NCBI GenBank assembly: GCA_965116215.1
Contig: OZ220494.1
Location: 384,841-448,840, forward strand
Direction: 5' to 3'
DNA from: Bdellovibrionales bacterium
GTDB lineage: Bacteria; Bdellovibrionota; Bdellovibrionia; Bdellovibrionales; JAKFYE01
Length of the DNA stretch: 64,000 nt
Shown: positions 30,445-39,344 of the stretch, piece by piece
Numbering within the stretch: position 1 is the stretch's first letter
Layout of the letters: each line of letters begins with the position of its first letter
Program-made: the position numbers and the translations under genes
The notes under the pieces: generated by a model
What the model was told of the DNA's origin: nothing
Seen by the model: only the letters and a program-made list of their open reading frames with translations
Databases searched by the model: none

Positions 30445-30957
30445 GTTTTTCACATTTTACTGCTACTTTATCTTCTTGGATATGAAAAATGGTCTAATTT
30501 TTAGAGGGTTATTTCTAAAGCACAAACAGCTTGTGAAAATTCTGGGCATAAAATATCAGACCATTTTGCCGGCGTCGGCAAAATGATTCATCTTGGTTCA
30601 GAAAGTAACAGAGAGGTGTTTGATATGATGCTGACTCGTTATGCCTGTTATTTAATCGCTCAAAATGGTGATTCACAAAAAGAGGAAGTTGCTTTTGTTC
30701 AAACTTATTTTGCTATTCAAATGAGAAAGTTTGAAATTATCCAACAACGACTTTTAGAATCAGAAAGGGTATCAGCTAGAAAGAAATTGGCTGACATGGA
30801 AAAAGAGCTTTCAGGTATTATTTATGAGCAAATTGGAAGTGATAAAAATTTTAGACATATAGAGCAGAGAGTAACTCAAAGGTATGCAAAGGCTGTTGCT
30901 CTTTTGAGTTCAGATGTAGGAGAGAAAACATCTTCATTATTTGATACGGCTAAGTAA
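30445..30957 (+). pseudogene. dinD: decayed DNA-damage-inducible protein D (dinD-like) remnant
   Basis: The frame reads ..LLGYEKWSNF*RVISKAQTACENSGHKISDHFAGVGKMIHLGS...MLTRYACYLIAQNGD..VAFVQTYFAIQMRKFE, matching the DinD core as I recall it. There is an in-frame TAG at 30502-30504. No intact N-terminus remains, and the C-terminal half diverges and is truncated after ...GIIYE. Confidence 0.6.
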
Positions 30958-30981
30958 AATTATTTTGTTCTGGCTTTTAAA

Positions 30982-30993
30982 AAATCACGCAAA
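30982..30993 (+). repeat. right copy of 12-nt direct repeat AAATCACGCAAA
   Basis: Exact match to 28967-28978. It lies 25 nt after the dinD-remnant stop and 50 nt before the tRNA-Asp 3' end. Confidence 0.35.
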
Positions 30994-31043
30994 AATTGAT
31001 TTCATTCCGAAAAACTCCAGTATTTAAAGGACTAGAAAGATAA

Positions 31044-31120
<77 letters not shown>

Positions 31121-31585
31121 CACTTTATTCTTTTTATTATAAAAAATATTGTATTACTCTTATATCCTTCTTCCTGTCTATTCATCAATACAAACGAAGC
31201 TAAAAAGCATCAGAATTATACAGAATCACAGTATAATAAATAAGAGCATCTGTCATTGACTGGCTATTTATATAGGACGGTCTAGAAGAGCATTTATAAT
31301 ACGAAAGGTCTGGCGTGATATAAAAGAGTTAGGCTCTCTTTGTTCCTTATTCAGGATACTCGAGCAAAATAGGGATCAGGGATAGATGAGCCTCATTAAA
31401 AACTCTCATTTTACATATCACTAAAAATAAAATTTCTCTTTTATTTCAATAATTTAATTAGAACTATGGAGAGATAACTTTAGATAAAAATTCACCACTA
31501 AAAGATCTTTTAAATGGTGTGACAATGGATATACTTGCTTTAGCAAAGGTAATTGAAAAATTCATTAAAACTTCTATATATGGCT

Positions 31586-32545
31586 TTATTTAATTAAACG
31601 GTGAATAATTTGGGCAGCCAGACGGGCTGTATACGGTTTTTTATCTTCTAGTCGAGGAGCCACTTCATAGAGTCCTAAAACCTGAATATCTAGTCTTCGC
31701 TTTAACACCTCAAGAACTCTCATAAAACTTATAGGATCTAGACCCGTAGGTAAACTGTGGCTGCATCCCTTAGCATAGGCTGAAGAAAAAACGTCAATAT
31801 CAATACTTAAAAATGTGGGAACAGAAGGCCTAGAAATCCAAGGTTCTAAAAATTTCAATATTTGAAGATCTGGAGACTCTCCCGAAAGAACAATATCTTC
31901 CCACCATAAGATATGTGCGCCTTGAGAGAGAGCCCAGCGTGTATGGTCTAGGCTATTACATTCTTCTTGAACTCCAATTTCAAGAAAATCAAATTTTTTA
32001 AAATTGGAAAGAAGACGATAAAAAGATGTGCCACTTGATAAACCCTTATCTAAAGGTCTAACGTCTAAATGGGCATCAAAATTAATCACCAAAGGACGTT
32101 GTTGGCTTTTTACCGTTTTTAGAAAAGCGGAACCATCTGCATACCCATAATCATGTCCTCCGCCTAAACCAATCCACTTGGCTTCAGCTTGTAAAACTTT
32201 TGGCAGAGCATTTTCAGTTAATTCATGACGCCTCTTTAATGGGACTTGTGTATAAATATTCCCTAAATCTTTCAGAACAGGAAATTTCTCTGTCAATGTC
32301 ATTCGATAGAGTTCCCTACGTATATAATCAGGGCCTTCGCTAGCCCCTAAACGGCCTCCATTGAGCCCGACCCCTTCGTCATCTGGATAGCCTAGTAAAA
32401 CAATATCATTTTTCTTTAATTCTGAAAGTCCCTCTTCATCTATAAGTTGGACAACATCACCTAAACGTTTGTCTGTTGGATCTTGTTTAGAAAAAAGGAC
32501 TTCAGAGTCCAAAGTTTTATAATTTCTTTTATTTTGCTTTTTCAT
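31586..32545 (-). CDS. arginase-family ureohydrolase (formimidoylglutamase/agmatinase-like)
   Basis: Metal-binding motifs of the arginase fold: GGGHDYGY, INFDAHLDVR and LSIDIDVFS. No hutH/hutU/hutI genes are nearby, so substrate is unassigned. Confidence 0.75.
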   Translation of the reverse strand: MKKQNKRNYKTLDSEVLFSKQDPTDKRLGDVVQLIDEEGLSELKKNDIVLLGYPDDEGVGLNGGRLGASEGPDYIRRELYRMTLTEKFPVLKDLGNIYTQVPLKRRHELTENALPKVLQAEAKWIGLGGGHDYGYADGSAFLKTVKSQQRPLVINFDAHLDVRPLDKGLSSGTSFYRLLSNFKKFDFLEIGVQEECNSLDHTRWALSQGAHILWWEDIVLSGESPDLQILKFLEPWISRPSVPTFLSIDIDVFSSAYAKGCSHSLPTGLDPISFMRVLEVLKRRLDIQVLGLYEVAPRLEDKKPYTARLAAQIIHRLIK

Positions 32546-32893
32546 CTCTCTTTCATATATCTCTTTCTATTGGACTTATAAACATCAATTTTTTAAGACG
32601 GCTTTAATACTAACACGGCGATGTTTGTATTTTCTCTTCTAGTAAAAAGCCCCTTTATTAAAAGTTTTTTCCTTATCTACTAATTGTTACGATAGGTTAG
32701 AGAGTCAGATTATATTGTACTTCTTAAAGAATATGAAGGAAGAAGAGTTTTGATGGCGTATCTTGAAAGGAAACAAGCCTATTCTCTTTAAATCACCTAT
32801 CCAGTCACGATTTTAGACTTTGCTACAAGCCTGCTTTGGAAAAAGGCTTTTATTTTTCTCTTAAAACGAGCCCTTTCAGAGAAATCGTCTCTA

Positions 32894-33907
32894 CTATTCA
32901 GAAGTCATAGCCTTTAAGGCCCAAAGAGCCATACCTTTGAGTTTTGGATGTCGAGAGAGTTCTAAGAGTTCTTTACGAAGTTCTTTAATATGTAAAGAGG
33001 CGATGACGCATATGGCATTACGTTTATGCTGAAGAGCTGAAAGTCGATTCAATGGAGTGGCTTTAAAATGTTTTAAAATTTGTCTATGAGAGGACGTTAA
33101 TATCCATTGCAAGTCTTCAATGAGTTCTTTTCTTGTGGGCTCTCTATCATCTATTTTCTTTTCAAAAATTTTCTTATTCCACGGGCAAATTGTCTGACAA
33201 AGATCACAGCCAAAATACCAGTCTTTAATGGCTTCTTCATAACCACTAGGTGTTAAAGATTTTCTCTCAATGGTTAAATAAGAAATACATTTATCCGCCT
33301 CTAAATATCTTGGAGAAGTAATAGCTTGCGTCGGGCAAATATCTATACACTTTGTACAAGTTCCACAACGATCTGGTTGAATATCAATAGGAGATGTTAA
33401 ATCAAGTGTTGTATAAATTTCTCCAATAACAAACAAAGACCCTGTCTTTTCAGAAAGCAAGCACGTGTTTTTTCCAATCCAACCCAGACCAGCCCTGTAG
33501 GCAAGATCTCTTTCTAATATAGGAGCTGAATCTGTAAATGCAGCAAAATTGTGATCTGAAAATTCTTGTTTAAGACACTCTATAACCTTTTGAAGATGAT
33601 CTTTTAACCAATAATGATAATCTTCTCCCTGTGCATAAAGTGCTGTTTTTAAGACTGTCTTTTTTTGAGGATGAGGATGAGGGAGATAGTCAACTGCAAC
33701 AACAATTCCTGATTTAGCTTTCTTAAGAAGAGTATTTGGTTTCTCTTTATATTTTATATGTTCTTTGAGGTACTTCATATCTCCATAATGATTGTTGTCA
33801 ATCCATGCTTTATAAAATGAAAAGCTCATGGGCTTATTTAATGTTGCAAATCCAAACCTCTCAAATCCATGAGTCTTTAATATATTTGATACCTTATCTT
33901 CTATCAC
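32894..33907 (-). CDS. queG: epoxyqueuosine reductase
   Basis: Two 4Fe-4S motifs (CGTCTKCIDICP, CDLCQTICPWN), a GWIGKN motif, and a C-terminal HEAT-like tail. 337 aa. Confidence 0.88.
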   Translation of the reverse strand: MIEDKVSNILKTHGFERFGFATLNKPMSFSFYKAWIDNNHYGDMKYLKEHIKYKEKPNTLLKKAKSGIVVAVDYLPHPHPQKKTVLKTALYAQGEDYHYWLKDHLQKVIECLKQEFSDHNFAAFTDSAPILERDLAYRAGLGWIGKNTCLLSEKTGSLFVIGEIYTTLDLTSPIDIQPDRCGTCTKCIDICPTQAITSPRYLEADKCISYLTIERKSLTPSGYEEAIKDWYFGCDLCQTICPWNKKIFEKKIDDREPTRKELIEDLQWILTSSHRQILKHFKATPLNRLSALQHKRNAICVIASLHIKELRKELLELSRHPKLKGMALWALKAMTSE

Positions 33908-34226
33908 TTTTTCTATTATTAACTGACTTTGAATATTTATCCATTAAAAATAGTTATTTTTAATAAAAATTAAAAGAGGATATATAAAAATTTTTTTATC
34001 TCTTTTAAGTTTTTTAGTGATTTTCTAAGATTTAAAAATTTATCATCATGTGATGAACTTTAAAAGTAAAAAGGAAAAGGATAAAAATAATGTTAGAGAG
34101 GCAATGGTCAACTCTATTGAATGTCTTGCAAAAAACAAGGATAGAGCAAATGTTTGATTCTCAAAAGTTATCGAGCGTGATGCTATTATCGACATTTCCT
34201 ATAAAACAGTTTATCTTAGAATAATT

Positions 34227-35468
34227 GTGGACAATCTTATTCAACACCCTTATTGGGAAAAAGTTCTTAAAGTTATTATAACCTTAGATCAAAAAGGATA
34301 TAAAGCTTGGTTAACAGGAGGGTGTGTCAGAGATGCGTTCATTGGTCGAATAATAAAAGACTTTGACGTTGTGACAGATGCAAAACCAGATGATATTGAA
34401 AATTTATTTGAAAAAACAATATCTGTTGGTAAGGCTTTTGGTATTGTGAAAGTCAACATAGGGGGTTTCATCATTGATGTTGCAACCTTTAGAAGTGATT
34501 GTAATTATAAAGATGGACGTCATCCTGAAAATATAAAATTTTCTAATCCCAAAGAGGATGCTTTACGAAGAGATTTTACCATCAATGCACTCTTTTATGA
34601 TCCCTTAACATCTCAACTCTATGATTTTGTAGAAGGTAGAGAAGATATTGAAAAAAAAATAATTAGAACTATTGGGAAACCAGAAAGGCGATTTAATGAA
34701 GATAAATTACGACTGTTGAGAGCCCTTCGTTTTGCTTCAGAACTTGGATTTCAAATAGAAAAGGAAACTTTTAGTGTCTTAAAGGAAAATATTTCTAATA
34801 TAAAATCAGTTTCATCAGAAAGAATAAGGGAAGAGATTTTAAAACTTTTAAAAGGAAAATTTCTATTTCAGTCTCTAGATCTGGTTAAAGAGAGTTATAT
34901 TTTAGAAGTGCTTTTTTGTAGGAGTCCAATCAAATATAAAAATTGGATGTCTTTTAAAAAATGGACATCTCATTACCAGCCCTTTAATGATCCTCTTTTG
35001 TGTCTGGCTGCTCTACTTTTAACTTTAGAAATAAACAATTCAAAAGAGTTAGAGAAACTTTTTTCTTTTCACTGTTTTTCTAAAAGGGAAAAAAAACTTA
35101 TCTCTGAGGTGTTAGCACTGCAATTCAATCTAGCTCAGTGGGAATATCTTTCCAAGGCAGAAAAACGTCGTTTACTTGCTCAAAAGTCTATGCCCCTTTC
35201 GCTCAATCTGTATTCGTTTTTTATTCTTTTAAACCCAAAGTGTGCTCTATTGCCGGTTAAAGATTTAGCTGCTTCCTGTAAACCATTACCTGAAGCCTAT
35301 TTAAAAGGGGAAGACCTTATAGAGCGAGGAATTTTAGGAGAGCAAATTGGACAATGGCTTGCTCAAGGTATGGATGCTCAATTAGAAGAACGTATTTGCT
35401 CTCGTAAAGAGGCCTTGGAGTGGCTCGACCAAAGGTTGAATTCCTCAGAAAGAGTGACGATAAAATAA
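34227..35468 (+). CDS. cca: CCA-adding tRNA nucleotidyltransferase / poly(A) polymerase family
   Basis: GTG start. Motifs: LTGGCVRD, DFDVVTD, RRDFTINALFYD and RLLRALRFA. 413 aa. Confidence 0.85.
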   Translation: MDNLIQHPYWEKVLKVIITLDQKGYKAWLTGGCVRDAFIGRIIKDFDVVTDAKPDDIENLFEKTISVGKAFGIVKVNIGGFIIDVATFRSDCNYKDGRHPENIKFSNPKEDALRRDFTINALFYDPLTSQLYDFVEGREDIEKKIIRTIGKPERRFNEDKLRLLRALRFASELGFQIEKETFSVLKENISNIKSVSSERIREEILKLLKGKFLFQSLDLVKESYILEVLFCRSPIKYKNWMSFKKWTSHYQPFNDPLLCLAALLLTLEINNSKELEKLFSFHCFSKREKKLISEVLALQFNLAQWEYLSKAEKRRLLAQKSMPLSLNLYSFFILLNPKCALLPVKDLAASCKPLPEAYLKGEDLIERGILGEQIGQWLAQGMDAQLEERICSRKEALEWLDQRLNSSERVTIK

Positions 35469-35552
35469 TAAAAAAGAAGAGGAGTATAGAAGGTAGGAGC
35501 CTAAAGAGACAGATCAGGAGGTTTCTGGTATTTTATAATAGGAGGGGGGGAG

Positions 35553-37115
35553 TTGGTGTATTCTTTTAAAAAGCCTCTATACTCTATCTGTATTTTGTTT
35601 ATTTTTGGATGTTCGGCAGATATTGAGGTTGATCCATTTATACCTGAGTTGAAAGGACATAAAGGATTCTTTTGTACACGGCCCCCAGAGGTTGTTCAGC
35701 ACTTTATCAAATTTCTTTTTATCATTGATAAGTCGGGAAGTAATGACAAGAGTGATCCCGAGGCTTTTCGAAGAGCTTCAAATATAGAGTCTTTTTATAA
35801 TCAACATCAACATAATCAATTTATGGAATGGGGCTTAATTGTTTTTAATGGGCGACGAGCTCGGGCTCTTATAGGTAGGGATGAGAATACTCCGACTTTT
35901 TCTCGTAATCCATATCAGATTAGATCAGGTATTGATGAAATTCGTCATAGACGTGATTCTGGAGAGACACCCTATGGCTCGGCTCTCAGTTTGGCTGAAG
36001 ATGCCATACGTAATGATATGATTAAAGGCTCAGAACAGCGTAGTACTTATATGGTTTTTTTCGTTTCAGATGGTCTTCCAACAGATATTAATAATGTATC
36101 GGCACTGGAGAGGCGTGTTCGTAGTTTAAAACAAATATCTTCAAATAAAATTTATCTCAGTTCTGCCTATTATGGTCAAAAAGATGTCAATGCGGAAATG
36201 CGTTTGAGAAGAATGGCAGAAGTCGGAGGGGGTGAATATATTAACTTAGCCGCCCATCAGAACCTCAATTATAATGATCTTATTGTTGATGGGCAAAATC
36301 ATGAGAGATGGTTTTTGAAGAATTTTGTTGTTTATAATTTAAACGCTACAATCTGTGAGAATACAAGAATAGGTGTCGACTCTGATGGGGATGGGCTCTG
36401 TGATCAAGATGAAATAAGATATGGATTAAATCCACGTCGACGTTTTAGTAGAGAAGGTGGCTTTTCAGATTGGTTTATACGTCGAGAACAATTCGGAGAA
36501 AGGTTACCAAGATGTTTTAGTCGGAAAGATCAAGATCTTGATCTTCTTACTGAGTGCGAAGAGTCTTATATAGAGAATAGGAGTGGAGTGAGTCGAAATC
36601 CTAATGAAAAAAATCCTATTCATGGAGACCCTGTAAACCCTGATACAGATTTAGATGGTTTTATTGATGGTATTGAGCTTTATACTTTTAGAAATAAAGG
36701 GGCTCCTATGAATGGATTTGATGTAACACGTAGTCATGATGGGGAAAAGGATGAGGCAGGTGTTCAAATTAAACAACATAGGAATCCACTAGTCTTAGAC
36801 TTAGATCAAATATCATATGGCGTGCGTATTGATCATGTTTATGAAAATAGGTACACAGGCCAAAATTGTTATAAATTTCAACAAAATACCTTACCTCTAC
36901 TTCCGACTTTAGCTACGGATTATACAGGAAATTTTCCGAGCCATATTCATCGTAAAAATGAAAATTTAATCTATGTTCATTTTATACAAACTCCTGAGTC
37001 AAATCCATTAGGTCGTGGCCTTTTTTCTTATTCTTTACAGAAGTTAAGGTTAGGGTCTTCTCGAGGCCTAAGAATAAATGATTCTGTTTTCCGTCATTAT
37101 GTTGTTCCCAAATAG
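35553..37115 (+). CDS. vWA-domain lipoprotein with thrombospondin-type-3-like Ca-binding repeats
   Basis: AGGAGGGGGGG lies before the TTG/GTG start. Lipobox LFIFG-C-SA. MIDAS-like FIIDKSGSN ... FFVSDGLPT. Acidic loops DSDGDGLCDQDE and NPDTDLDGFIDGIE. Confidence 0.7.
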   Translation: MVYSFKKPLYSICILFIFGCSADIEVDPFIPELKGHKGFFCTRPPEVVQHFIKFLFIIDKSGSNDKSDPEAFRRASNIESFYNQHQHNQFMEWGLIVFNGRRARALIGRDENTPTFSRNPYQIRSGIDEIRHRRDSGETPYGSALSLAEDAIRNDMIKGSEQRSTYMVFFVSDGLPTDINNVSALERRVRSLKQISSNKIYLSSAYYGQKDVNAEMRLRRMAEVGGGEYINLAAHQNLNYNDLIVDGQNHERWFLKNFVVYNLNATICENTRIGVDSDGDGLCDQDEIRYGLNPRRRFSREGGFSDWFIRREQFGERLPRCFSRKDQDLDLLTECEESYIENRSGVSRNPNEKNPIHGDPVNPDTDLDGFIDGIELYTFRNKGAPMNGFDVTRSHDGEKDEAGVQIKQHRNPLVLDLDQISYGVRIDHVYENRYTGQNCYKFQQNTLPLLPTLATDYTGNFPSHIHRKNENLIYVHFIQTPESNPLGRGLFSYSLQKLRLGSSRGLRINDSVFRHYVVPK

Positions 37116-37373
37116 CTCTGCCTACGGTCTTAAGATAAGGCCAGTTCATATTAAAATAATAGTAGGATAGACTTTAGCAGTTATTTTTCTAAAGGCTTAT
37201 TTAGAATTATTTAAAAAAAGACAGGTTTTGTGCTTATTGATAAAGAGGATGACTCTTTAGTGATTATTGTTGGAGGGAATGATAAACTAGTTTATTATAA
37301 GAAATGCAATATTCTAGAATTCTACTTGATAAGAATCTTTGAATTCCTTTGATATGCCTGATATACTCAAACC

Positions 37374-37622
37374 ATGAGGATTAGAAATTTTTACTATTTT
37401 TTGTTCTTTCTTTTACCTATTTATGTAGATGCTGAAAATAAAATAAATCTAGAAGATATAGATATTAAGGGGCAACTTCATAATACAGAACGTCTTCATT
37501 TTTTATCCAGAGAACAAAACACTCTGAAAAATTATATCAAATTTCGTACAAACTATTCAAAAGAAATTACCGAAGAACTTCCTGAGCCTGCTCCAGGAGT
37601 GACAAAAAAAGAAGTCAATTAA
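37374..37622 (+). CDS. small secreted protein (82 aa), unknown function
   Basis: Signal peptide MRIRNFYYFLFFLLPIYVDA/EN. It converges on the last ExbD-like gene and overlaps it by 4 nt. No SD is obvious. Confidence 0.4.
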   Translation: MRIRNFYYFLFFLLPIYVDAENKINLEDIDIKGQLHNTERLHFLSREQNTLKNYIKFRTNYSKEITEELPEPAPGVTKKEVN

Positions 37623-38182
37623 GATGATGAAGGAGGAATGACGGCGAAGTTAATTCCTGTCCATCCTTCATTAATAAGAACATTCATTACACGCTTTACA
37701 TAAATGAGAGGTATTGTTTCATCAGCTTGAATATTGACTTCTCCTTTAAAGGGTTTATCAGGAAAGATTGTTTCATGGAGAATTTTTATCTGCTGTAATT
37801 TTAATCTCAATTGTGGTAATTCGGCATGACTATCTTCTATGTATACAGGATTATTACCAACATTTTTTGCTTCAAAAATAATTGAATTTTGTGTAATTGA
37901 AACAAGAGGTAATCCTTCTAGAGATCTAGCATGATTGGCTTGTGGTAAACTCAGGCTTTTAGAAATAAAAAATATTTCACCTGTTGATGAAAAATTTAAA
38001 AGTAAAAAGATAACAAGCATTGAGAAAATATCAATCATAGGGGCAAGATTGAGTCCTTGTTGCTTTTTCCTACTCTCAAATGCAGTTAAGAACTCTCGAG
38101 TTTTTTTTAAGTCATACTTTGAGCAGATATGAAATCCAGGTGTTTTAACAGTTCTGTTAACACGCCCCTTTTGTTCTATCAT
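37619..38182 (-). CDS. ExbD/TolR-family protein (second copy, long N-terminal extension)
   Basis: LNLAPMIDIFSMLVIFLLL TM signature, with a periplasmic domain ending ...LINEGWTGINFAV. I chose the ATG at 38182, which forms an ATGA overlap with the upstream stop. Confidence 0.8.
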   Translation of the reverse strand: MIEQKGRVNRTVKTPGFHICSKYDLKKTREFLTAFESRKKQQGLNLAPMIDIFSMLVIFLLLNFSSTGEIFFISKSLSLPQANHARSLEGLPLVSITQNSIIFEAKNVGNNPVYIEDSHAELPQLRLKLQQIKILHETIFPDKPFKGEVNIQADETIPLIYVKRVMNVLINEGWTGINFAVIPPSSS

Positions 38183-38619
38183 TGTGTATTTACTCCTACA
38201 TCTGACCATCCTTGCCCTACAAGAGTATCAAAAACCTGTATCATATAACTGTAGGGGATATCATTTTGTGTGTTAAGAATAATATCTTTTCTTTTTGGAT
38301 AACGTTGACGCCATCGCTTCAATTCTTTAATTAAAGAATTGGGCTCTAAAAGCCCTTCAGATGTGAATTTTAAGGGCAGTCGAGTTGCTTTATCATCTTC
38401 AGATATTTCGATTTGGCTTTTTAAAATTGTAATGGAAAGATGGACTTTTTCATTACTAGCTAATGAATGGGCGTCTACATTTTCTACATTTGTAGATAAG
38501 GAGTTAATTTGTAACCACACAGCTGTCAGTAATAAAAAGACTACAAGAGTGGAAAAAAGGTCAATAAAAGGAGTTAGATTCAGTTCCTCATCTCCTGATC
38601 GGTTTTTTCTTCTGGTCAT
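38179..38619 (-). CDS. ExbD/TolR-family protein (first copy)
   Basis: EELNLTPFIDLFSTLVVFLLL signature. 146 aa. It starts 3 nt after the ExbB-like stop. Confidence 0.85.
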   Translation of the reverse strand: MTRRKNRSGDEELNLTPFIDLFSTLVVFLLLTAVWLQINSLSTNVENVDAHSLASNEKVHLSITILKSQIEISEDDKATRLPLKFTSEGLLEPNSLIKELKRWRQRYPKRKDIILNTQNDIPYSYMIQVFDTLVGQGWSDVGVNTQ

Positions 38620-38622
38620 TTT

Positions 38623-39267
38623 TTATCCAGATATTTTTTCTCTATTAGTTAGAATAAAATTTAATGTTGTTACGCTGGCCTCATGTATATCATCGACAAT
38701 ATTTTGTCCCCAAGAATTCAACCATCCATAGACTGCTAATAGGGGGATTGCGACCATTAGGCCAAAGGCTGTTGTACTCATTGCAATTGAAATAGAATTA
38801 GATAGAAGAGCTGCCTTTTCTGCTGGAGCTACGTTAGCAACAGCTGAAAAAGCTCCAATAAGACCCTTAACAGTTCCAAGAAGTCCTAGAAGTGTGGCCA
38901 AATTTGAAAGAGTGGAAAGGTAGTTAATTCTCTTTTCAATTTTTGGGATTTCATTTAGTGCAACAGAATCCATAGCAGTTTGTACTTCTTCTTCATTTTT
39001 TCCATTAGCAACTTGAACTAGTCCTGTTCGAATAATATTTGTTAGAGGAGTTTTAGTTTGTGAACAAATAGAAATAGCTTTTTCTAAATTTCCCTGAAGA
39101 ATATAAGAATTTATATGGTTGAGTAAATTTTCTTTTGAAATAGCTGAAGCTCCTTTAATAACTGCAATACGTTCAAAGGCAATAGCTACCCCGAACATAG
39201 AACATACAGCTATAAGCCACATAATTAATTCGGGCTCTTGTAATTGATCTACAATGGCTTCTATCAT
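38623..39267 (-). CDS. MotA/TolQ/ExbB-family proton channel
   Basis: Three TM segments, with the conserved LGLLGTVKGLIGAF and STTAFGLMVAIPLL motifs. 214 aa. Confidence 0.88.
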   Translation of the reverse strand: MIEAIVDQLQEPELIMWLIAVCSMFGVAIAFERIAVIKGASAISKENLLNHINSYILQGNLEKAISICSQTKTPLTNIIRTGLVQVANGKNEEEVQTAMDSVALNEIPKIEKRINYLSTLSNLATLLGLLGTVKGLIGAFSAVANVAPAEKAALLSNSISIAMSTTAFGLMVAIPLLAVYGWLNSWGQNIVDDIHEASVTTLNFILTNREKISG

Positions 39268-39344
39268 GTATTTAATCTCCTATTTGTTATTTTATAGGAG
39301 AGAGATTCAGACGGCTAATGGGGATATGACATCTAGACGTCTGT

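Noticed and set aside
31586-32545. Calling this gene hutG as part of a histidine-utilisation operon
   Set aside because: Only the arginase-fold metal motifs are evident and no hutH/hutU/hutI genes are nearby, so substrate specificity is left open.
38339-38731. 130-aa plus-strand ORF, also 37935-38132 and 42013-42204
   Set aside because: They are antisense to the ExbD/ExbB-like and CaCA genes, which carry clear family motifs.
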